Assembly (NCBI GenBank): GCA_963784805.1
Contig: CAWASR010000030.1
Location: forward strand, 9,052-73,051
Direction: 5' to 3'
DNA from: an uncultured Alphaproteobacteria bacterium
GTDB lineage: Bacteria; Pseudomonadota; Alphaproteobacteria; Rhizobiales; Beijerinckiaceae
Length of the DNA stretch: 64,000 bases
The notes under the pieces are model-generated. The model saw only the letters and a list, made by a program, of their open reading frames with translations. It had not been told where the DNA came from and did not search any database. This document shows positions 17,639 through 26,170 of this stretch, one piece after another (position 1 is the first letter of the stretch; every line of letters begins with the position of its first letter). Made by a program: the position numbers and the translations under genes.

Positions 17639-18703
17639 ATGGTTCGCGGGCGAATGACTGGAGACGAGGTGAGCGTCGTCATCGGCTGGGATATCGGCGG
17701 AGCGCATCTGAAAGCCGCGCGCGTAGCGGGCGGCCGCGTCGAAGCGACGGCCCAGGAGGCGACGCCGCTCTGGCTCGGACTTGACAGCCTGGAGGCGGCG
17801 TTCGACGCGATGCGCGCCCGACTCGGCGAGGCCGATCGACACGCGATCACGATGACTGGCGAATTGTGCGACGCGTTTGCGACGCGGCGGGAGGGCGTTG
17901 TCGGCCTGGCCGCGATTGCGGCCCGTCGTCTCGCGCCCGCTTCGCCTTGGCTCTATGCGGGCAGACGCGGCTTTGTTGAATTGGCCGATGCCGGAGCGCT
18001 TGCGGCCGACATCGCGTCGGCAAACTGGCATGCGAGCGCGGCGCTGGTGGCGCTCAGGCTTCGCGACGCGTTGCTCGTCGACGTCGGCTCGACCACAGCC
18101 GACCTCGTTCCCGTCGTCGCGGGCAAGGTCGCCGCGCTCGGCTACGACGACGCCGGTCGGCTTGCGGCGGGAGAGCTGGCTTACAGCGGAATGGTCCGCA
18201 GCTTCGTCATGGCGATGGCTTCGCGGGCGCCGTTTCGCGGAGTCTGGACCCCGCTGATGAGCGAGTTTTTCGCCAGCAGCGCCGATGTCCACCGCATATT
18301 GGGCGCGTTGCCCGACGGCGCTGACAAGATGACGACCGCGGACGGGCGCGCGAAGACCGTGGAGGCGTCGCGGAGCCGTCTCGCGCGGATGGTCGGCAGG
18401 GAAGCCGACGCGGGCGCGGACGATGAATGGGCGGCTCTCGCAGCCTGGTTCGCCGAAGCGCAGGTGCGTGAAATCACAGACGCGGCCTTCCTGCGTTTGT
18501 CGGTTGGCGATCTTGACCCTGAGGCGCCGGTGGTCGCCGCGGGCATCGGCGAAAGCGTCGCAGCTGAAATGGCGCGTCGCCTGCGACGCCCCTGCATCGG
18601 GTTTTCTTCGCTGATCGCCGGGCGCGCCGAAGTCTCGCATTGCGCGCCCGCCGCCGCGGTCGCCCTTCTGTCTGCGGCGGATCTCGACCCCCGGCAGGCA
18701 TGA
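17639..18703 (+). CDS. Hydantoinase/oxoprolinase-like 'H4MPT-linked C1 transfer pathway protein' (orf9-like, ASKHA fold)
   Basis: VIGWDIGGAHLKAARV... and LVDVGSTTADLVP. Divergent from the afpA operon. Confidence 0.8.
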   Translation: MVRGRMTGDEVSVVIGWDIGGAHLKAARVAGGRVEATAQEATPLWLGLDSLEAAFDAMRARLGEADRHAITMTGELCDAFATRREGVVGLAAIAARRLAPASPWLYAGRRGFVELADAGALAADIASANWHASAALVALRLRDALLVDVGSTTADLVPVVAGKVAALGYDDAGRLAAGELAYSGMVRSFVMAMASRAPFRGVWTPLMSEFFASSADVHRILGALPDGADKMTTADGRAKTVEASRSRLARMVGREADAGADDEWAALAAWFAEAQVREITDAAFLRLSVGDLDPEAPVVAAGIGESVAAEMARRLRRPCIGFSSLIAGRAEVSHCAPAAAVALLSAADLDPRQA

Positions 18704-18778
18704 GGGGTCGGACCCCGCGAACAGCGGACAGGGGACGAACGTGCTATATCTGCGGCGGGGAGGCTCTGGGAGTGAGAG

Positions 18779-19141
18779 ATGCGCGTTGCGAGATTTGGGA
18801 TGTTGCTGTTGGGCGTCGGAGCTTCGGCGGCATGCGCCGGCGCCGCTTTCGGTGGCGATTCGGCGTCCAACGAATACCCGACGTCCACCCGCGCCGAATA
18901 TGTTTTCGCCTGCATGAAAGCGAACGGCGAGACTCGAAAGGCCCTCGATCAATGCTCGTGTTCGATTGACGTGATCGCGTCGTTGATTCCCTATGACTCC
19001 TATGTCGCCGGCGAGACCGTGGCGTCGCTCGACCAGGAGCCCGGCCGGATCGGCGGAATGTTTCGCGGAGCGACCGTCGCCAAAGAATCGCTCGCGAATC
19101 TGCGGCGCGCGCAGGCCGAAGCCGAGATCCGCTGCTTTTAA
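18779..19141 (+). CDS. Secreted hypothetical protein (120 aa, 4 mature Cys)
   Basis: Signal peptide MRVARFGMLLLGVGASAACAGAAFG. GC3-rich codons. No family recognised. Confidence 0.55.
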   Translation: MRVARFGMLLLGVGASAACAGAAFGGDSASNEYPTSTRAEYVFACMKANGETRKALDQCSCSIDVIASLIPYDSYVAGETVASLDQEPGRIGGMFRGATVAKESLANLRRAQAEAEIRCF

Positions 19142-19536
19142 CGAGCGGGTCAACGGGCCGTGCGGGTTTTCGCCTGCCTGCCGGCTGGCAGCGGCGGCTT
19201 GACTGAAGGCGCTGCCAGGGGGCGTGCCGCCGGGGCGCCAGAGGCCACACGCAATCGGCGCCGAACCCAAACTGACATGGCGCCGAAGCGACGCGGATGT
19301 GGCGCCGACACGGCATTCATGCCAACTTGGCGGAATAGACGCCCAATGCCGTTTTGAGCCTTTTCAAGGGCTTGGCCGGTCGCGGTCGCGATTCCGGCCC
19401 TTGCGGTGCTCCGGGACCGTCGCGAGCGCCCCGGGAACCATTCCGAGGACGTAAAAACATCATCGTCGTTGATTTCTAGAAATCAGAACAACGATAGCGC
19501 GTTTTATGATTGTAAGAAATAAGGAAGGTAAAACAA

Positions 19537-19818
19537 GGCTCTTATTGCGTTAGCTATTGGTCGGCCGCGACCGCTTGCTTGCCTTCGAGCCCCTGTCGTC
19601 ATGGACGGGCTTGTCCCGTCCATCTACGCCGCAGCGGTGCAAGGACCTACGGTCGCGAGGTTCTTCGCCATCGCTTGTCTCTTCTCTCTTCGGGCGCTCG
19701 ACGCGCCCAACCGCGTGGATGGCCGGCACAAGGCCGGCCATGACGCGTTGAAGCCTTGCAGGTCTTCGGCCCCAATGGCCCGAATTTTTGGGAGCCAACA
19801 GCTAACGCGATAAGAGCC
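19537..19818. mobile_element. 282-bp MITE-like non-autonomous element with terminal inverted repeats and an 8-bp target-site duplication
   Basis: Left end is ggctcttattgcgttagctattgg (19537-19560). The reverse complement of the right end (19795-19818) is ggctcttatcgcgttagctgttgg, matching 22 of 24 positions. TAAAACAA directly flanks both ends (19529-19536 and 19819-19826). The interior carries two REP-like hairpins (19601-19623, 19719-19741) and no transposase. Confidence 0.75.
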
Positions 19819-19968
19819 TAAAACAATGTCCCATGACGTTTCGGGGCCAAACCTGAAGCCGTCTTGTTGCGGCTCACGGGACGACGAAACCCGCCGAATC
19901 AACCATCGCAGGTTCAAACAGGGATGCGGGGGCCGGCCGATCGGGCGGACTCCAGACGCCAATTCCGA

Positions 19969-20790
19969 TCATGTGCCGTCGCGATTGGCCGGCCAAGAGG
20001 CCGAGAAATTCGCGCCGCTGATGTCGTGCGCCTGGACGTGAATGGTCTTGGAGCCGTTCGCCGCATAGATGAAGCGGAAGTTCGGATCCTCCGAGATCGA
20101 AATGCCGCCCGCGACCGAGAAGATGAGATCGTCGCCCTGATAGACCGCGAAGCGGTCGACATAGCGCGCTGGGGTATAGAGGCGCGTGATCTGATCCATT
20201 TGCAGGCCTGAATAATTGGGATGCCGCAGCATCACCTGGGCCTCGCGACGACCATCGGGCCTCGGGGGAAACGAACGGAACTTCATCTGACCGAGCGTCG
20301 CATCGGCCTCGTCCGGGCCTTTGACCGCGGGGGCCGAACAGCCGCCGGCGGCCTTCACATAACGGGTCGCCATGTGCAGGCTGCCGTCGTTGAGTTCGGC
20401 GACGAGATGGACGTCGGTGTAATCGTTGACCCGGACGCGCGTGGAAATGCTCGCCACGTCCGACTTCCCGCCAAGAGTGAAGACTCCGGCGAGTGGAACG
20501 GGATTCTCGTCTATGATCAGGCTCAGTCGGACGACGCGCCTGGAGTCGCCCGGCGGGATGTGCGCCGAAAGGGTCATCGGCACCAGCGCCGCGTCCGCCG
20601 CGCGGGCCGGCGCGTCGAGGGAGACGATCGAAGGATCCTCGGGAATAGGACGATCCTGAAAAAACAAGCGCTTCAGATCAGGCCAGGATTGGTCGTGCGC
20701 CGACTGCGCCGCGGCGGCCGAAATCAGCGAAACGAGCGCGACCGCGGCGATGCCGCCCCGCAGCATACGCATGGCTAAATTTCCCGACAT
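19969..20790 (-). CDS. Quinoprotein-dehydrogenase-associated SoxYZ-like carrier protein
   Basis: Signal peptide ...MRMLRGGIAAVALVSLISAAAAQ. Internal SoxY-type carrier motif KAAGGCSAP, followed by a SoxZ-like half. The start is ATG 20790 or 20772. Confidence 0.8.
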   Translation of the reverse strand: MSGNLAMRMLRGGIAAVALVSLISAAAAQSAHDQSWPDLKRLFFQDRPIPEDPSIVSLDAPARAADAALVPMTLSAHIPPGDSRRVVRLSLIIDENPVPLAGVFTLGGKSDVASISTRVRVNDYTDVHLVAELNDGSLHMATRYVKAAGGCSAPAVKGPDEADATLGQMKFRSFPPRPDGRREAQVMLRHPNYSGLQMDQITRLYTPARYVDRFAVYQGDDLIFSVAGGISISEDPNFRFIYAANGSKTIHVQAHDISGANFSASWPANRDGT

Positions 20791-20818
20791 GCCCTTCGCC
20801 TCGCCCGCCAGCGCCGCT

Positions 20819-21760
20819 CTACTGCTGGTCCCATTCATATTCGGCGAACGCCGCCGTAGCGTTCCTCGCATTGTAATCATCGAAAAGGCGCCAATTGTTG
20901 CGTTCCGAACTCCCCGCCTCCCGGGCTGCCTGCGACAGATTGTCGCCGCGAGCGATCGCCGCGCGAACATCGGCGGACAATCTCTCGAAATACGCGCGCT
21001 CGGGCTTCAGCGCCGCGGGCCATGGCGCAACCACCGGTCCGTGACCGGGGATCACGCGCGCCGCCGGAATCTCCGCCAACGCGCCGAGATTTGCAAGCCA
21101 TCCCTTGATCGACCCGTCGATGACCGGGATGTGGCTCACGAACGCCAAGTCCCCCGCGAACAACGTCCGGGTGGCGACGTCGTAGACCGTCAGGTCACAG
21201 TCCGTGTGGGCCGGGGGCCATGCGCGCAGCACGATCGCGCGACCGCCCAGATCGAGTTCCCGCGTCTTCTCGACCAGCAACGTCGGCGGCACAATCTGAA
21301 CGTCCTTCATCAAGTCGTCGCCGAGGATCTCGCGGAACGTCTTCAGGTAAAATTCACCGCGCGCCGCCAGCGCGCGCGGCAGATTATGATGACCGACGAA
21401 GATCGCGCCAAGTCCGTTGAAGGCGGCGTTGCCGAAGATGTGGTCGGGATGCTCGTGAGTGTTGATGACATAGAGAATAGGCTTATTCGTCCTGGCGCGA
21501 ATCGCCGCCAGCAGCCGCCTGCCCACCCGCGCGCTGCCGCCGGTGTCGATGACCGCTACGCCTTTGCCGCCGATTATGAATCCGATGTTGGCGATATCGC
21601 CGTCGTTCTGTTCGCTCATCATGGCGATCGCGCCAGCATGAGCGAACACGCCCGGCGCCGCCTCCTCGACAGGCAATGGCTTGGCCGAGTCGGAGCGGAC
21701 GCCGTCGGTGGAGACGACGGCCAATCCAGTAAAAATGAGCATGGTCGCGAGAATACGCAT
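20819..21760 (-). CDS. Periplasmic metallo-beta-lactamase-fold hydrolase ('quinoprotein relay system' type)
   Basis: Signal peptide MRILATMLIFTGLAVVS. HxHxDH motif VINTHEHPDHIFG. Co-oriented with and adjacent to the SoxYZ-like gene. Confidence 0.8.
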   Translation of the reverse strand: MRILATMLIFTGLAVVSTDGVRSDSAKPLPVEEAAPGVFAHAGAIAMMSEQNDGDIANIGFIIGGKGVAVIDTGGSARVGRRLLAAIRARTNKPILYVINTHEHPDHIFGNAAFNGLGAIFVGHHNLPRALAARGEFYLKTFREILGDDLMKDVQIVPPTLLVEKTRELDLGGRAIVLRAWPPAHTDCDLTVYDVATRTLFAGDLAFVSHIPVIDGSIKGWLANLGALAEIPAARVIPGHGPVVAPWPAALKPERAYFERLSADVRAAIARGDNLSQAAREAGSSERNNWRLFDDYNARNATAAFAEYEWDQQ

Positions 21761-22090
21761 TGACCGTCTTTTCAGTTGACCGCGCCGGACTTAGAGGCGC
21801 GTCCCGGCAAAGACAATGGGCGCGACGCCGAACTTAAAAATTCTGCTTGCGCTCCGGAATCGGCGGACGTATGTTTCTTTTGGCTTCGGCTGCATGAGCG
21901 TTGATGAACGGGAGCTTCAGCGCGCTTTCGCAGGCAAGGCGGGGGCCTTCGTGTAAGGAACCTTTCTCGCTTTTATGCCGTGACACGCTGTTGAAGCCGT
22001 CATCCCAACCCAGAATGTCGCTGCAGGCGCGCGTTTGTGCGGGCCGCCCGCCGCTAAGTCGAACGAATGAAGTCTACTTGGGAGGAACAA

Positions 22091-23899
22091 ATGCGAAGAC
22101 TTTTGCTAGCGAGTTGCTTTGGCGCGGCCGCGCTGCTGACGGCAGGTTATGCGAGCGCCAATGACGACCTGATCAAAATGTCGTCGGACGCCAATCAATG
22201 GGTGATGCCGACTGGCAACTACGCCAATACCCGATATTCCGAACTGAAGCAGATCACCGCGGCAAACGTTCACAAGCTCGCTCCGGCATGGACGTTCTCG
22301 ACCGGCGTCCTGCGCGGACACGAGGGCGCTCCGCTCGTGGTCGGCGACGTCATGTACGTCCACACGCCGTTCCCGAACACCGTGTTCGCGCTCGACCTCA
22401 ACAACGACGGCAAGATTCTCTGGAAATACGAGCCCAAGCAGGATCCGAACGTCATTCCGGTGATGTGCTGCGACACCGTCAACCGCGGCCTCGCTTACGG
22501 CGACGGCAAAATCATCCTTCATCAGGCCGACACCACCCTGGTCGCGCTGGACGCCAAGACCGGCGCCGTCGCGTGGTCAGTCAAGGACGGCGATCCGTCC
22601 AAGGGCCAGACCGGCACCAACGCGCCGATGGTCGTCAAGGACATGGTGTACACCGGCGTGTCCGGCGGCGAGTTCGGCGTTCGCGGATGGCTGTCGGCCT
22701 ACAACCTGAAGACCGGCAAGCTGGTCTGGCGCGGCTATTCGGAAGGACCGGATTCCGACCTCCTCGTCGATCCCGAGAAAACGACGGCGCTCGGCAAGCC
22801 GATCGGCAAGGACTCTTCCCTCAAGACTTGGGAAGGCGACCAGTGGAAGATCGGAGGCGGCGCCACCTGGGGCTGGTACTCGTACGATCCCGAACTCAAC
22901 CTCATCTATTACGGCTCGGGCAACCCGTCGACCTGGAACCCGAGGCAGCGCCCCGGCGACAATCGCTGGTCGATGACCATCTGGGCCCGCGACCCCGAGA
23001 CCGGCATGGCCAAATGGGTCTACCAGATGACGCCGCACGACGAGTGGGACTTCGACGGCATCAACGAGATGATCCTGACCGACCAGAAGATCGACGGCAA
23101 GGAGCGCAAGCTTCTGACGCACTTCGATCGTAACGGCTTTGGTTACACGCTCGATCGCGGGACCGGCGAACTGCTGGTGGCCGAAAAATACGATCCGGCG
23201 GTGAACTGGGCCACAAAGGTCGACATGGACAAATCCTCCAAGGACTATGGCCGGCCGCTCGTCGTGGCGAAGTACTCGACCGACCATAACGGCCCGGACG
23301 TCAACACCAAGGGCGTCTGCCCGGCGGCGTTGGGCTCCAAGGACGAGCAGCCTGCGGCCTATTCGCCGGAGACTGAGCTCTTCTACGTGCCGACCAACCA
23401 CGTCTGCATGGACTACGAGCCGTTCAAGGTCAGCTACACCGCAGGTCAGCCCTACGTCGGCGCGACGCTGTCGATGTTCCCGCCTCCGGGCGAGAGCAAC
23501 ATGGGCAACTTCATCGCCTGGGACGGCAAGACCGGCAAGATCGTGTGGTCGGATCCGGAGCAGTTCTCGGTGTGGTCGGGCGCCCTGGCGACCGCCGGCG
23601 GCGTCGTGTTCTACGGCACCCTGGAAGGCTACCTGAAGGCGGTCGACGCCAAGACCGGCAAGGAGCTCTACAAGTTCAAGACTCCGTCCGGCATCATCGG
23701 CAACGTGATGACCTACGAGCACGGCGGCCGTCAGTACGTGGCGGTGCTGTCGGGCGTCGGCGGTTGGGCGGGCATCGGACTCGCGGCCGGTCTGACCAAG
23801 GGCACGGACGGTCTGGGCGCGGTCGGCGGCTACAAGGCTCTCTCCGACTACACGGCGCTGGGCGGAAATTTGACCGTCTTCGCGCTTCCGACGGACTGA
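22091..23899 (+). CDS. xoxF: PQQ-dependent methanol dehydrogenase, XoxF (lanthanide) type
   Basis: GGGAGGA RBS 4 nt before ATG 22091. Signal peptide [23 protein letters not shown]. Vicinal disulfide [23 protein letters not shown] carries the extra Asp (D-x-D) characteristic of Ln-dependent XoxF. Confidence 0.95.
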   Translation: MRRLLLASCFGAAALLTAGYASANDDLIKMSSDANQWVMPTGNYANTRYSELKQITAANVHKLAPAWTFSTGVLRGHEGAPLVVGDVMYVHTPFPNTVFALDLNNDGKILWKYEPKQDPNVIPVMCCDTVNRGLAYGDGKIILHQADTTLVALDAKTGAVAWSVKDGDPSKGQTGTNAPMVVKDMVYTGVSGGEFGVRGWLSAYNLKTGKLVWRGYSEGPDSDLLVDPEKTTALGKPIGKDSSLKTWEGDQWKIGGGATWGWYSYDPELNLIYYGSGNPSTWNPRQRPGDNRWSMTIWARDPETGMAKWVYQMTPHDEWDFDGINEMILTDQKIDGKERKLLTHFDRNGFGYTLDRGTGELLVAEKYDPAVNWATKVDMDKSSKDYGRPLVVAKYSTDHNGPDVNTKGVCPAALGSKDEQPAAYSPETELFYVPTNHVCMDYEPFKVSYTAGQPYVGATLSMFPPPGESNMGNFIAWDGKTGKIVWSDPEQFSVWSGALATAGGVVFYGTLEGYLKAVDAKTGKELYKFKTPSGIIGNVMTYEHGGRQYVAVLSGVGGWAGIGLAAGLTKGTDGLGAVGGYKALSDYTALGGNLTVFALPTD

Positions 23900-23924
23900 C
23901 AAGCCGTCTGACTTGACGTGAACC

Positions 23925-23972
23925 GAGCCCGGCGCTGGCGGGTAAGATGGCTAGCGCCGGGCTCCTTTTTCT
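23925..23972 (+). terminator. Rho-independent terminator/attenuator between xoxF and xoxG
   Basis: Perfect 12-bp stem gagcccggcgct (23925-23936) / agcgccgggctc (23953-23964) with a 16-nt loop, followed by cTTTTTcTc. Confidence 0.65.
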
Positions 23973-24021
23973 CGAAGCACTCGATATACGCGGGACCGAG
24001 CGGAGCTCAAGGAATGCAGCG

Positions 24022-24549
24022 GTGAAAATTTCACTGTGGAGCGGCGCGGCCGCGGTGGCCCTGCTGATGGTCACTCAATTTCCGGCGGCTGCGGAGCCGC
24101 CCGGCGATCCGACGGCGGTCAAGCAAGACGAGGACGGCATTTGGCGCGACAAAGCCGGTGAGCCGACCTTCAAGATCGAGGCGGACGGCACGGTCGACTG
24201 GGAGACGTATTCAGGCTACCGCCGCTACAATTCGGAATGCATCGTCTGCCACGGCCCCGATGGCTCGGGATCGACCTATGCGCCGGCGCTGAAGGATTCG
24301 CTGAAAACGATTCCCTTCGAGGTTTTTTACGGCATTGTCGTGAGCGGGCGCAAAGATCTCCGCAACGGGCAAGATAAGGTTATGCCCACATTCGCAACAA
24401 ACAAGAACGTGATGTGCTACCTGACCGACATATACATCTATCTGCGCGCCCGCTCGGTGAATGCGGTGGGGCGCGGACGTCCGGCGAAGCACGCCCCTAA
24501 GTCGGCCGCGTTCGACAAGAACGAGACCAAGTGCATGGCGGACGACTGA
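24022..24549 (+). CDS. xoxG: c-type cytochrome XoxG (cytochrome cL-like electron acceptor)
   Basis: GTG 24022 has AAGGAA 7 nt upstream. Signal peptide VKISLWSGAAAVALLMVTQFPAAA. Haem site CIVCHG. Sits immediately after xoxF. Confidence 0.85.
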   Translation: MKISLWSGAAAVALLMVTQFPAAAEPPGDPTAVKQDEDGIWRDKAGEPTFKIEADGTVDWETYSGYRRYNSECIVCHGPDGSGSTYAPALKDSLKTIPFEVFYGIVVSGRKDLRNGQDKVMPTFATNKNVMCYLTDIYIYLRARSVNAVGRGRPAKHAPKSAAFDKNETKCMADD

Positions 24550-24562
24550 ATAGGCCCTCATC

Positions 24563-25397
24563 ATGCGTACGATTGCGACTATCGCCCTTCTGGCACTTCT
24601 TGGCGCGCTCGGCGGCGCGCGCGCGCAGCAATCGGCCACGACCGAACTCGATCGAACTGGTCGATCCTCATGTCTTCCGCGCTTGCGCGGATCCGCGCGA
24701 CCTGCCGTTCTCCGACCAGGCCGGCGAGGGCTTCGAGAACAAGATCGCCGATCTTTTCGCGCGCAAGCTGGGCAAAACCGTCGCCTATACTTTCTATCCC
24801 GACGCAACCGGTTTTGTTCGCAATACCTTGAACGCGCACCGCTGCGACGTCGTTCTGGGGATCGCGCAGGGCGATGATTTCGTCCAGCCGACCAGCCCCT
24901 ATTACCGGACGGCTTACGCCGCCGCCTACCACAAGGGAGGGCCGCTCGAAGGCCTGGATTCGCTCAGCGATCCGCGTCTGAAGACCGCGAGGATCGGCAT
25001 CGTCGCGGGAACGCCGCCCGCAACCTATCTCGCCATGAACGGGGAGCTCGCCCATATCAAGTCCTACCCGCTGGTCGTCGACACGCGCTATGAATCGCCG
25101 ACCCACCAAATGATGAAGGACCTGGATGACGGCGTCATTGACGTCGCATTGCTATGGGGACCGATCGCCGGCTATTACGCGTCGAAGGCCAAGGCGCCGA
25201 CGACGGTCACCCTGCTGGTGAAAGAGCCTCCAGGCGGCCCGCGAATGATTTATCGCATCGTCATGGGCGTTCGCCATTCCGATCAGAACTGGAAGCGCGC
25301 GCTCGACAAGCTCATTGTCGAGAACCAAAAAGAGATCAATACGATCCTTCGGTCTTTCGGCGTTCCGTTGCTCGACGAGAACAACCGCGCCCTCTAG
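24563..25397 (+). CDS. xoxJ: XoxJ/MxaJ-like periplasmic substrate-binding protein, out of frame as sequenced
   Basis: Signal peptide MRTIATIALLALLGALGGARAQQ is in frame 24563. The conserved body ...FRACADPRDLPFSDQAGEGFENKIADLFARKLGK...DVVLG... is in frame 24531. The switch lies near 24640-24665. Total 835 nt, which is 1 mod 3. Confidence 0.8.
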
Positions 25398-25460
25398 GCG
25401 GGAATTTGCAACATTGAGCCGCGGTTCTCCGACAAAAATCCCGCTTCTTCAAAGGACCCC

Positions 25461-25498
25461 AAGCGGAGATTCGTTGGCGAGCCGACGAATCTCCGCTT
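25461..25498 (+). terminator. Strong hairpin after xoxJ (possible terminator or RNA-stability element)
   Basis: Perfect 14-bp stem aagcggagattcgt / acgaatctccgctt with a 10-nt loop. There is no U-run, so intrinsic termination is uncertain. Confidence 0.4.
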
Positions 25499-25514
25499 AG
25501 CCTCGGCAGCCCGC

Positions 25515-26072
25515 GTGCGCGCCCGCCATCGCATCGCGCTCGTCTTGATCTGCGCGATTTCGGTTTTCGGGGCGCGTGCGGACGCCGCGCCGCCTGAGCC
25601 CGACACCTATCGAACAAGCGACTACCGAGCGCCGACTCCGGCCACATTGAAAGGCGCGCGCGTGGTTTCGACCGGCGAAGCGCGCCAGCTTTGGCTCGAC
25701 CGCAACGCGGTGTTCGTGGATGTTCTTCCTCGGGCGCCGCGGCCGGCCAACCTTCCGCCCGGCGTCGTTTGGCGCGAAAAGCCCCGGCTCGACATCCCCG
25801 GCAGCATCTGGCTGCCGGACACCGGATATGGCGATCTGCCGAAAGTGACGGAGGATTATTTTCGCGCCGGGCTTCGTCGAGCGACCGGCGGCGACGCAGG
25901 CGAGACGGTCGTTTTCTATTGCAAGCGCGACTGCTGGATGTCCTGGAATGCGGCAAAGCGCGCGCTCGCGCTCGGCTTCGTCAAGGTCGCCTGGTATCCC
26001 GAAGGCGCGGACGGCTGGTCGGCGGCCGGTTTCCCGCTCGAAAGCCGTCGGCCCGAGCCGCGACCTGAATAG
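25515..26072 (+). CDS. PQQ-dependent-catabolism-associated CXXCW-motif protein (rhodanese-like)
   Basis: GTG start. Signal peptide MRARHRIALVLICAISVFGARADA. Motif FYCKRDCWMSWNAAKRA. Confidence 0.8.
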   Translation: MRARHRIALVLICAISVFGARADAAPPEPDTYRTSDYRAPTPATLKGARVVSTGEARQLWLDRNAVFVDVLPRAPRPANLPPGVVWREKPRLDIPGSIWLPDTGYGDLPKVTEDYFRAGLRRATGGDAGETVVFYCKRDCWMSWNAAKRALALGFVKVAWYPEGADGWSAAGFPLESRRPEPRPE

Positions 26073-26170
26073 GCGATTCAACCCGTTCCGGTCGCGCGAC
26101 TTCGCGGCCGCGCAACAACGACCTGACGCCATTGTCCGTGGGCGGCGCTACCGCGCCGCAAAGCCGACCG

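Noticed and set aside
17486-19270. 594-aa minus-strand ORF opposite the orf9-like gene and the secreted protein gene
   Set aside because: It is antisense to two genes with clear family or signal-peptide features. Its composition is Arg-rich and junk-like, and it has no motifs.
24531-25397. GTG 24531 as the true xoxJ start (288-aa ORF)
   Set aside because: The resulting N-terminus (MHGGRLNRPSSCVRLRL...) has no signal peptide, yet this is a periplasmic binding-protein family. A perfect signal peptide exists in the neighbouring frame.
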